A DNA stretch of 36,786 bases from an uncultured Eubacteriales bacterium (GTDB lineage Bacteria > Acidobacteriota > Aminicenantia > Aminicenantales > Aminicenantaceae). How positions within the stretch are numbered: the first letter of the stretch is position 1; each line of letters opens with the position of its first letter. The stretch is taken from NCBI GenBank assembly GCA_964516025.1, contig CAZEWV010000001.1, positions 3,669 through 40,454 on the forward strand, written 5' to 3'. The position numbers and the translations under genes were made by a program. Shown one piece after another: positions 25,123 to 32,834 of the stretch. The notes beneath the pieces were generated by a model that did no database searches, was not told where the DNA came from, and was given only the letters and a program-made list of their open reading frames with translations.

Positions 25123-27594
25123 ATGAGCACTGTCTGCCCCAAGTGTCAAACCGCTAATCCCGAAGATTCTAAGTTATGTATGGAATGTTCAAGCTCACTT
25201 GAGCCCACACACGAAATCTCGGCTACAAAAACTCTCGAGACACCAGGCAAAGGAATAACCACAGGAACTACCTTTGCCTCCAGGTATGAAGTCATCAAGG
25301 AGCTCGGGAAGGGAGGTATGGGCAAAGTATATATGGCCTTGGATAATGAGATTGATGAAGAAGTTGCTTTAAAACTTCTTAAACCCGAGATTGCCTCTGA
25401 TGATAGCACAGTTGAACGCTTCCGGAATGAGCTGAAATTTGCCCGAAAGATCTCTCATAAAAATGTCTGTCGTATGTACCACCTTAGTAAAGAAGGAGAG
25501 ATTCCCTATATCACTATGGAGTATGTAGAAGGTGAGGATCTAAAGAGCTTGGTCAAAAAGAGAGGGAAACTGTCAGATGCGGAATCAATATCCATAGTCA
25601 AGCAACTGTGCGAAGGCTTGGCTGAAGCACATAGGCTGGGAGTTGTGCACCGGGATTTAAAGCCTCAAAACATCATGATCGATAAGGAAGGCACTGCAAA
25701 GATCATGGATTTTGGGATTTCCCGATTTGTCGAAGCACCTGGAGTGACGACAACAGGAATGATTATCGGGACTCCCGATTATTTATCACCCGAACAAGCA
25801 GAAGGAGAGGAGACAGATCAACGTGCTGATATCTATTCCTTAGGTGTGATTCTTTATGAATTGACCACAGGCAGGGTTCCATTTAAGGGGGATACGGCAT
25901 TGAGTGTGGCGCTAAAACATAAGTCCAAGGTACCTTCAAATCCAAAGGAACTCAATCCAAATATTTCGGAAAATCTCAACCGATTGATTTTGATCTGCAT
26001 GGCGAAAGAGAGAGAGGAGAGGTATCAGACAGCAGAAGAACTGTTGTTGGATTTAAACAATATTGAAGCAGGTATTCCCTTAGGAAAAAGGATCCTTCCC
26101 AAAAAAAAGAAACTTTTTAAAAAAAGACGTGTAATCAGGTGGAAGCAAATTTTCCTTTTTGGAGGAGTTCCACTTCTGCTGGTTTTGTTTATTGCAGGAG
26201 CATTTTATTTGTACACAACTCGAGCTGCAACCATCCATTCCATAGCGGTCCTCCCCTTTGAGAATCTTACAGGAGATTCCGAGCAGGAGTATTTTGTTGA
26301 TGGAATAACGGATGAATTGATAGGAAATCTTGGACGGATTAAAGCGTTCCGACGAGTGATATCTTTCTGGACTGTAGCACAGTATAAAAACGCGAAAAAA
26401 CCATTGCCTGAGATTGCCCAGGAGCTTAATGTGGATGCCGTAGTGACAGGTTCAGTTCAGAAGACTGGTGGGAGCTTGAGCATTCGGGTTCAATTGATAA
26501 AAGTGAATCCAGATGAACAAAATCTATGGGAGGAGACATATGATCGGATCCTGACCGATGTACTAGTAATGAGCGGAGAGATAGCCCAGACTATTGCCAG
26601 GGAGATCCGGATAAATCTTACAACCGAAGAAAAAACTCTCTTTGCAGATACCCGTCAGATAAATCCAGAAACTTACCAGGCATACCTAAAGGGTATGTCC
26701 TACTTGACAGATATTACAATCGACTCGGAAACGGCAGATAAGGCCATTGCCTGTTTTAATGAAGCTGTTGAAAATGATCCCACAGATCCCTTGGCCTATG
26801 CGGGACTGGCATATGGCTACACTACTATCGGACACAGCTATAATCCGACTCCGGATGCCTGGCCCAGAGCCAGGGCAGCAGCCGACAGAGCATTGAGGCT
26901 AGATCCCATGCTAGCAGAAGGCTATGCAGCCTTAGCAGATGTCAAGCTTTACTACGAATGGGACTGGGAGGGTGCAGAGCAGGCCTTTCTGAGGGCCAAT
27001 GAGCTGAATCCCAATCTGGCCTTGAATCACTTCCACTATGCCTGGTTGCTCGCTGAGATAGGACGCATGGATGAAGCCATTGTCGAACACAAACGTGCCC
27101 AGGAACTAGATCCACTAACTCCTCTGCATACGGCATGGTTAGGAGGGCTGTACTGGATCGATGGAAAATATGATAAGGCAATTATAGAAATACAGAAAGT
27201 ATTTGAATTCGAACCTGATAACCATTTAGCAACATGGCTCCTGGCGTTAGTTTACGCAGACATAGGAAGGTATGAGGAGGCTGTTGAAACTCACGAAAAA
27301 TATATGGCCCCTTGGTGGTCACTAGCACGCCTCTACGCAGAAGTCGGAAGGGAGGATGAGGCAAGAGAGATTGCGGCCAAATTGGAGGAGCAACCTGATC
27401 CTCTGCGTACATTCGGACTGGCTGCAATGTACACAGCCCTTGGGGATAAGGACAAAGCATTCCAGTGGCTGGCTTATAAACCGCACCACGCCTGGATGCC
27501 AGCATTCAGGATTTTCTTCTGGTTCACCCCTCTACACGACGATCCCCGTTTCCATGATCTCCTGCAAAAGATGAACCTGCCTCCTTTGGAATGA
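25123..27594 (+). CDS. Membrane Ser/Thr protein kinase with N-terminal zinc ribbon and extracytoplasmic TolB-N-like plus TPR domains
   Basis: The ORF track starts at TTG 25039. I prefer ATG 25123 (GGAGG 5 nt upstream); ATG 25111 is also possible. It has CPKCQTANPEDSKLCMEC. Hanks kinase motifs are GKGGMGKVY, VALK, HRDLKPQNIM, DFGIS and GTPDYLSPE. One TM helix is followed by ..IAVLPFENLTGDSEQEYFVDGITDELI.. and then TPR-like repeats. Confidence 0.85.
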   Translation: MSTVCPKCQTANPEDSKLCMECSSSLEPTHEISATKTLETPGKGITTGTTFASRYEVIKELGKGGMGKVYMALDNEIDEEVALKLLKPEIASDDSTVERFRNELKFARKISHKNVCRMYHLSKEGEIPYITMEYVEGEDLKSLVKKRGKLSDAESISIVKQLCEGLAEAHRLGVVHRDLKPQNIMIDKEGTAKIMDFGISRFVEAPGVTTTGMIIGTPDYLSPEQAEGEETDQRADIYSLGVILYELTTGRVPFKGDTALSVALKHKSKVPSNPKELNPNISENLNRLILICMAKEREERYQTAEELLLDLNNIEAGIPLGKRILPKKKKLFKKRRVIRWKQIFLFGGVPLLLVLFIAGAFYLYTTRAATIHSIAVLPFENLTGDSEQEYFVDGITDELIGNLGRIKAFRRVISFWTVAQYKNAKKPLPEIAQELNVDAVVTGSVQKTGGSLSIRVQLIKVNPDEQNLWEETYDRILTDVLVMSGEIAQTIAREIRINLTTEEKTLFADTRQINPETYQAYLKGMSYLTDITIDSETADKAIACFNEAVENDPTDPLAYAGLAYGYTTIGHSYNPTPDAWPRARAAADRALRLDPMLAEGYAALADVKLYYEWDWEGAEQAFLRANELNPNLALNHFHYAWLLAEIGRMDEAIVEHKRAQELDPLTPLHTAWLGGLYWIDGKYDKAIIEIQKVFEFEPDNHLATWLLALVYADIGRYEEAVETHEKYMAPWWSLARLYAEVGREDEAREIAAKLEEQPDPLRTFGLAAMYTALGDKDKAFQWLAYKPHHAWMPAFRIFFWFTPLHDDPRFHDLLQKMNLPPLE

Positions 27595-27667
27595 CCAGCC
27601 CCTCCGATCAAAAACCAGGAAGGATAAAGCCTTTGTGCATTTCGAGAAATTCCTCTCCCCCTGAAAA

Positions 27668-27729
27668 GACGCCAACCCCGGCCTCTCTGAAGTTGACGAT
27701 GCGAAGAAGAGGCTGGCTGGATTGAAAGG
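27668..27729 (+). repeat. 61-nt intergenic repeat, copy 1
   Basis: GACGCCAACCCCGGCCTCTCTGAAGTTGACGATGCGAAGAAGAGGCTGGCTGGATTGAAAGG. It aligns without gaps to 32584-32644 and 35298-35358. It contains a CCGGCCTCT / AGAGGCTGG hairpin. Confidence 0.75.
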
Positions 27730-27756
27730 AAAACAATAAGTTTCTCGAGGAAAACT

Positions 27757-27809
27757 TGGTGTGTCCGGCAGGATTCGAACCTACGACCTTCTGATTCGTA
27801 GTCAGGCAC
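27757..27809 (-). pseudogene. 3' fragment of a tRNA-Arg(ACG) gene
   Basis: Reverse complement is GTGCCTGACTACGAATCAGAAGGTCGTAGGTTCGAATCCTGCCGGACACACCA. It has anticodon loop CTACGAA, T-arm GTAGG/TTCGAAT/CCTGC, acceptor 3' strand and encoded CCA. The matching 5' strand GTGTCCG and the D-arm are absent upstream. Confidence 0.65.
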
Positions 27810-27858
27810 TTTGTCCAGGGATAACAGGGGAAGAAAGGTCAGATATTAGTCTCATCGT

Positions 27859-27906
27859 TAGGCAAAAGCAGGCAATTTTAGGCACTTCGTGTCACTTATG
27901 TGTCAC
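27859..27906 (+). repeat. Phased site array: TAGGCA, CAGGCA, TAGGCA at 10-bp spacing then 2 x GTGTCAC at 11-bp spacing
   Basis: Sites at 27859, 27869 and 27879, and GTGTCAC at 27889 and 27900. This is homologous by eye to the reverse complement of 13546-13604. Confidence 0.6.
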
Positions 27907-28009
27907 GTGATAATTAGTACTTGTCCAGAGACCTATCCATAGACAAGTTTAACTAATCTCTAACACACAATTGGCACACAGGGACTAGTCTATTCAGAAT
28001 TAAACAACC

Positions 28010-28071
28010 GCGCTGGACTCAAAATCCAGTTCACTTTATTGTGAGTGTGGGTTCGACTCCCTCCTCCGGCA
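28010..28071 (+). pseudogene. 3' fragment of a tRNA-Leu(CAA) gene
   Basis: GCGCTGGACTCAAAATCCAGTTCACTTTATTGTGAGTGTGGGTTCGACTCCCTCCTCCGGCA. It has an intact anticodon arm (CTGGA/CTCAAAA/TCCAG), a long variable arm, a T-arm with one mismatch and the acceptor 3' strand. There is no GCCGGAG 5' strand or D-arm upstream. Confidence 0.65.
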
Positions 28072-28115
28072 CTCTGTTTTCCCTGAAAAATCCTGAAATT
28101 TATTTGTTTTCTGTT

Positions 28116-28150
28116 TGAGCAATCGTAGGCAATACTAGGCGATTTTGAGG
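28116..28150 (+). repeat. Phased site array T(G/A)AG(C/G) x 4 at 10-bp spacing
   Basis: TGAGCAAT 28116, TAGGCAAT 28126, TAGGCGAT 28136, TGAGGTTG 28146. It starts 45 nt after the tRNA-Leu(CAA) fragment. Confidence 0.5.
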
Positions 28151-28321
28151 TTGACAAATAATAAATAAATTTATAATTTATAGTTATCAAAAGCCAAGGT
28201 AAAGATGGGAAATGATTAATTGCCTTCCATAAACGAGAAGAGTTCCTCTTTTCAATAATTGCACTAGCAATTTATATAGATAAGACAGAATCTTACATTC
28301 AAGAATAATAAGGAGGGGGAA

Positions 28322-29197
28322 ATGAAAAAGCAATTCATTATTTTTGTTATCGCTATTGTAGCGTTTTTTGTGGTTTCTCATGGTGCTTTTGAAGCAGTCA
28401 AAGAAGGAAAGCTTGCAGCATGGGGCTATAACTGGGAAGGCCAGACCGTCCCGTTGAACGGGATCGAAATGTACTACGAAACCGTTGGGGAAGGAGAACC
28501 ACTTGTCCTTCTTCATGCGTGGGCTGCAACTGGTGCGAGTTGGGAGCCAGTCGTCGAAGAACTCTCTGCTCACTACCGACTCATCATACCGGATCTCAGG
28601 GGTCATGGTCGATCAACCAATCCCAGCCAACAGTTCACGCACCGACAGTCCGCCTTGGATGTCTTCGCACTGCTTGACCTGATTGGTGTGGATCGCTTCA
28701 GGGCGATGGGACTCAGCGGGGGTGGCATGACGCTTCTTCACATGGCAACGAGCCAACCCGAGCGTGTAGAGGCAATGGTGTTGATCGGAGCGACTTCCTA
28801 TTACCCGGAAGAGTTACGTGAGATCATGCGAGCTAGCTCCCCGGACAGTGTGACCACAGAGCAGCTTGAAAGGGAAGGCCGGATTCACAGCCGCGGACTT
28901 GAACAGGCCAAGGAGTTGATGAGCCAATTCCATGCTTTCAAGGACAACTATGATGATATGAACTTCACTCCTCCGTATCTGTCGACCATAACTGCCAACA
29001 CCCTGATCCTTCATGGAGACCGTGATCAGTTCATCCCTGTGTACATTCCAGTCGAGCAGTACCAGGCGATCCCCAACTCCTATTTGTGGATTGTGCCGAA
29101 TGGAGAGCATATACCCCTATCCCTCTTTGGCACGGAACGAGGGCTTGAGATGGTCACCTGGGTCGTGCTGGAGTTCCTGGCCGGAAAATGGAGATGA
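28322..29197 (+). CDS. Alpha/beta-fold hydrolase with N-terminal signal/anchor; 3' end supplied by an IS remnant
   Basis: 291 aa. It has MKKQFIIFVIAIVAFFVVSHG, oxyanion-hole block ..VLLHAWAATGASW.., nucleophile elbow ..MGLSGGGM.. (G-x-S-x-G), ..HGDRDQFIP.. and ..NGEHIP... GGAGGGGG SD lies upstream. The last codons and the TGA lie in sequence homologous to the IS1-family element. Confidence 0.8.
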   Translation: MKKQFIIFVIAIVAFFVVSHGAFEAVKEGKLAAWGYNWEGQTVPLNGIEMYYETVGEGEPLVLLHAWAATGASWEPVVEELSAHYRLIIPDLRGHGRSTNPSQQFTHRQSALDVFALLDLIGVDRFRAMGLSGGGMTLLHMATSQPERVEAMVLIGATSYYPEELREIMRASSPDSVTTEQLEREGRIHSRGLEQAKELMSQFHAFKDNYDDMNFTPPYLSTITANTLILHGDRDQFIPVYIPVEQYQAIPNSYLWIVPNGEHIPLSLFGTERGLEMVTWVVLEFLAGKWR

Positions 29198-29425
29198 CGG
29201 CCGCCGTCGTCCTTGTCTCGTTTTATACTTCGAATGACGGATGATATTACCTCTATCAAACTTGCCATGATCCTGACATTTTTCATTCTGGCAACAGCGA
29301 TCTCTCACGGGGGCTTATACTTCATTGGGCATATTCCTTGCCATACGATTGTGCTTAACTTGTTTGGAAATAATAGCTTGCTATGGATTTTTGATCAAGT
29401 AACAACACTTCCCTGAGGAAGCACC
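29190..29425 (-). mobile_element. IS1-family remnant, copy 2 (left-end inverted repeat plus first 36 codons or so of the transposase)
   Basis: 29205-29425 aligns by eye with 11777-11997 of copy 1 and ends in GTAACAACACTTCCCTGAGGAAGCACC. It encodes MRDRCCQNEKCQDHGKFDRGNIIRHSKYKTRQGRR and then diverges. Weaker homology extends back to about 29190. Confidence 0.75.
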
Positions 29426-29664
29426 GAGGTTCCATCCTAAAGATTTCTCATGTTGAGTATCTGGAATGCGATCTGTCTTTATAGGATTATTTGTCCATAG
29501 ATTAGGACAGAAAAATCAGGGAAAATACGAACATTTGTCAGGGACTACTACAAAAAAAGATGGCACTATAAGGTTAAGATCTGGGTACACTGCAAGGATA
29601 ACAAAGAGTGAAACTTACCTTAGATAGCCACTCCGGTCGTTGAACTTCTAATTTAAACAGGCAG

Positions 29665-32361
29665 TCACCAGTTCAGGTACTTTTCGACGAACCTCACGTC
29701 CCTCCTGATAAGCAGCTTCCTTATCTCGTCCCCAAAAAATATGAACAACGCGAACGGGATAGAGAGCGAAATCTCGAAAAAAGTAAGAGGATAGGTGCCG
29801 AAAATCTTATGTGTGAAGGGATTGTATATAATAATCGAGAGAAGTATCAGTTCTGACAGAATCCCCACAAGGACAAACTTGTTACTGAATAGCCCGGCCT
29901 TAAAGACAGACTCCCTGCGCGTCCTGCATATCATGACATCCGCGATCTGACAGATAATGATACTAGCAAAAAAAGCTGTCACGGCTTTGAGGTACAGCGG
30001 ATCTGACGAGGCGAGTTCCTGACCCCATGTCCACTCACCTCTGTAAAGGACAACGAAGTAGGAAAAGAATCCCGCAGCAGCCTGGAGCATACCGACAATA
30101 CCATAAGACATGAAAAGAAGATTCGGTGTGAGGAGTCTTTCGTTCCTGGGTCTGGGGGGTCTCTTCATGACATCATGCTCCGCCTTTTCAACACCAAGTC
30201 CGAGTGCGGGCAGCAGGTCAGTGCCGAGGTCGATCGATAGTATCAGTACGACAGTCAAGGAGAGAGGTATCCCAAGAAGCACAAACGCGATAAAAGGGAG
30301 TATTTGGGGGACATTACTTGTAAGAATATATGCGATAAATTTCTTGATATTATTGTAAACTGTTCTTCCTTCCTCGACCGCATTCACTATGGTGGCAAAA
30401 TTATCATCGAGCAGTACCATGTCCGACGCTTCCTTAGCGACCTCGGTCCCGATGCCCCCCATCGCTACTCCCATATCCGCCTTCTTTATGGCAGGTGCGT
30501 CATTTACGCCGTCCCCGGTAACGGTCACGACCTCTCCTAGCGCCTGCAATGCGGTCACTATTTGAAGCTTCTGTGCGGGTGAGGTGCGGGCAAATATAAT
30601 GTTATCTTTTTTCAAGAATTCCTTCAGATCATCTTCAGAGCTTTTTTCAAGTTCCTCTCCGGTCATTATATTGGCACTGCCCCTTATCATTCCAGCAATC
30701 CTGGCTATCGCCTCAGCGGTTAGGCTGTAGTCCCCTGTTATCATGATCACCTTTATCCCGGCTCCCTTGCATCTGGCTATCGCCTCCGGGATCTCCTTGC
30801 GTGGAGGGTCTATCATGCCAACAAGTGCTACAAAAACAAACTCATCTTCCGACTGCCCGTCTCCCTCCTTGAAACCGAGCGCCAGTACCCGCTCTCCTCT
30901 TGAGGCCAGTCTTTCGTAATATTTTTGGATCTCAGCTTTATGATGGTCCTCAAGTGGGACGATTTCATTGTTTAGAAGTATTTTATTGCTCATAGCGAGC
31001 GCCACCTCGGGCGCACCCTTCATATGAACAACATTATCTTCTCCGTCATTGTTCACTGTTATCATCCGTTTCGTCTTTGAATCGAAAGGAGATTCATGAA
31101 TCCGTCCCCACCTGCTGTTCAGTTCTTCAACATTTATCTTGTCTTTTGCGAAGAGTAGCAGCGCTCCCTCAGTAGGATCCCCGATATAGTAGTCTTTATC
31201 GTTCAGCTTGGCGTTGTTGCAAAGGACTGATATTTTTAACAACATCTCCATACCCGGTATTTCCATTACATTCTTTTCATGAATTAGCCTTTCGTCCAGG
31301 TCAATATATATCGTATTGACCGAGATCCTATTCTCTGTGATCGTGCCGGTTTTATCGGTGCAAATAACAGTGGTGGAACCGAGCGTCTCGACCGAGTCAA
31401 GATTCTTAATGAGCGCCATCCTCTTTGCCATCTTCTTTGAGGCCATACTCAGGCAGAGGGTAACGGTAGGAAGTAGTCCTTCAGGGACATTAGCGACAAT
31501 GATCCCTATAGCAAATACCATACTTGCCATTAGCCTATTTCCGGTCATAAAGCTGACCGCAAAGAATGAGACACCCAGAGTGATTGCAATGGAGGAGATG
31601 ATCTTGATGAAATGGTTTAGCTCTTTTTTGAGGGGGCTTTCCACTTCCCCTGCCTCCCTTGTAAGCTTGGCGATCTTTCCAAGCTGCGTGTTCATTCCAG
31701 TGCCGTAAACAAGAGCAGTGCCATTGCCGGACTGAACAAGGGTACCGGAGAAGACCATGTTCCGTGACTCGAGGATATTCTCATGCGTAGGGACAATCTT
31801 CCTGAGTTGAGGTTCTGACTCGCCTGTGAGTGCGGAGTGGTCTACCTTAAGGGAGTTCTCCTCCAAAAGACGGGCATCTGCGGGTATCTTGTTCCCCTCT
31901 TCAAGATATATTATGTCTCCTGGAACTATCTCACCTGCGAGGAGTTCGGTCCTAGTGCCGTCCCTCTGAGCATAGATCCTTTCCGGCATCATCTTCCTGA
32001 AGCTCTCCATAATTTTTTCGGACTGATATTCTTGTATGAAAGTAAATACAGCGTTCAGGACCACAACCACTGCGAGGGCAATGCCGATATAGAGGTTTCC
32101 GTCGCCGGGAGAAAGGTATTCCGATGTAAAAGCAAGCATAGCTCCGGTCCAAAGAAGAAGGGCGAAAAAATTGACAAGGTGCCTGCCGAACCGTACGAGG
32201 ATTGACTTTTTTTTCTTTTCCTCAAGTACATTTAGCCCGTACTCTAGCTGCCTCTTTTGGGCCTCTTCCAAAGAAAGTCCGTCAGGAACGGCATCAAGCC
32301 GGGCGTAGAGTTCAGCAAGGTCTACCTTATGTTCGTCGTTCTTCTGTTGGGAAGCATCCAT
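29665..32361 (-). CDS. P-type cation-transporting ATPase (type II, Ca2+/Na+-pump-like)
   Basis: 898 aa. Motifs: TGES (..ALTGESEP..), PEGL in TM4, phosphorylation site ICTDKTGTITEN, and hinge TGDGVNDAPAIKKADMGVAMG. A ten-helix-type hydrophobic pattern is present. AAAGGAG SD lies upstream. Confidence 0.9.
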   Translation of the reverse strand: MDASQQKNDEHKVDLAELYARLDAVPDGLSLEEAQKRQLEYGLNVLEEKKKKSILVRFGRHLVNFFALLLWTGAMLAFTSEYLSPGDGNLYIGIALAVVVVLNAVFTFIQEYQSEKIMESFRKMMPERIYAQRDGTRTELLAGEIVPGDIIYLEEGNKIPADARLLEENSLKVDHSALTGESEPQLRKIVPTHENILESRNMVFSGTLVQSGNGTALVYGTGMNTQLGKIAKLTREAGEVESPLKKELNHFIKIISSIAITLGVSFFAVSFMTGNRLMASMVFAIGIIVANVPEGLLPTVTLCLSMASKKMAKRMALIKNLDSVETLGSTTVICTDKTGTITENRISVNTIYIDLDERLIHEKNVMEIPGMEMLLKISVLCNNAKLNDKDYYIGDPTEGALLLFAKDKINVEELNSRWGRIHESPFDSKTKRMITVNNDGEDNVVHMKGAPEVALAMSNKILLNNEIVPLEDHHKAEIQKYYERLASRGERVLALGFKEGDGQSEDEFVFVALVGMIDPPRKEIPEAIARCKGAGIKVIMITGDYSLTAEAIARIAGMIRGSANIMTGEELEKSSEDDLKEFLKKDNIIFARTSPAQKLQIVTALQALGEVVTVTGDGVNDAPAIKKADMGVAMGGIGTEVAKEASDMVLLDDNFATIVNAVEEGRTVYNNIKKFIAYILTSNVPQILPFIAFVLLGIPLSLTVVLILSIDLGTDLLPALGLGVEKAEHDVMKRPPRPRNERLLTPNLLFMSYGIVGMLQAAAGFFSYFVVLYRGEWTWGQELASSDPLYLKAVTAFFASIIICQIADVMICRTRRESVFKAGLFSNKFVLVGILSELILLSIIIYNPFTHKIFGTYPLTFFEISLSIPFALFIFFGDEIRKLLIRRDVRFVEKYLNW

Positions 32362-32583
32362 GCCATGCTCCTTTATTCAACAATTTTACCATTTTTCTTA
32401 TTGCCTTGCTGAATACTTTTTTATTCATGCGTGTTGTCTCATATAAAAACCTAATCGAAGCATCTAACGTTTACTAATCTAAGATTTCACCGAAATAAAG
32501 TAGCCAGGTGGAGGTCTACCCAAAATCTGGTCCATTCAAAAATTAAGTTTTTTGGCCTCTTGTGAGCTCAAGCCAACTAAATT

Positions 32584-32644
32584 GATGCCGATCCAGGCCT
32601 CCCTGAAGTTGACGATGCGAAGGAGAGGCTGGCTGGGTTGAAAG
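32584..32644 (+). repeat. 61-nt intergenic repeat, copy 2
   Basis: GATGCCGATCCAGGCCTCCCTGAAGTTGACGATGCGAAGGAGAGGCTGGCTGGGTTGAAAG. It lies in the divergent region between the ATPase and sulfatase-like genes. Confidence 0.75.
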
Positions 32645-32735
32645 AATAGCACCTATAGATACCTTTTTGAGCCAAGAATCGTAGGTCTGGAGCAGCTCGC
32701 TGGCCAGTGTTCACAACTAATAGTACTTTTGCCGT

Positions 32736-32764
32736 TTGACACTCCATCCCTAAATCAATATTCT
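32736..32764 (+). promoter_or_regulatory. Sigma70-type promoter candidate for the sulfatase-like gene
   Basis: TTGACA (32736-32741), 17-nt spacer, TATTCT (32759-32764). It shares GTTTGACACTC and further bases with the candidate promoter at 25069. Confidence 0.4.
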
Positions 32765-32834
32765 ACAGTCGCTATAGCAAGAGGAAATAATAATTCCTTT
32801 TCGATCCGTCTGAAAGAATATTTGGGAGGCAAAG

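Noticed and set aside
27474-27809. ORFs running across tRNA-derived sequence (27474..27809, 27990..28190, 23646..23831).
   Set aside because: Their translations (for example ..GRRFESCRTHQ..) are the usual artefact of reading through tRNA T-arms. The DNA is better explained as tRNA fragments and att arms.
28187-28606. A 139-aa minus-strand ORF overlapping the start of the alpha/beta hydrolase gene.
   Set aside because: It has low-complexity AT-rich codons at its C-terminus and no SD. It overlaps a well-supported gene on the other strand.
13343-29425. The idea that the IS right-end fragment (13343-13436) and the left-end fragment (29190-29425) are two halves of a single IS split by a 15.7-kb insertion.
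   Set aside because: The orientation is compatible, but together they account for only about 330 of about 1200 nt. No matching breakpoints or target duplications are visible. Independent truncations are simpler.
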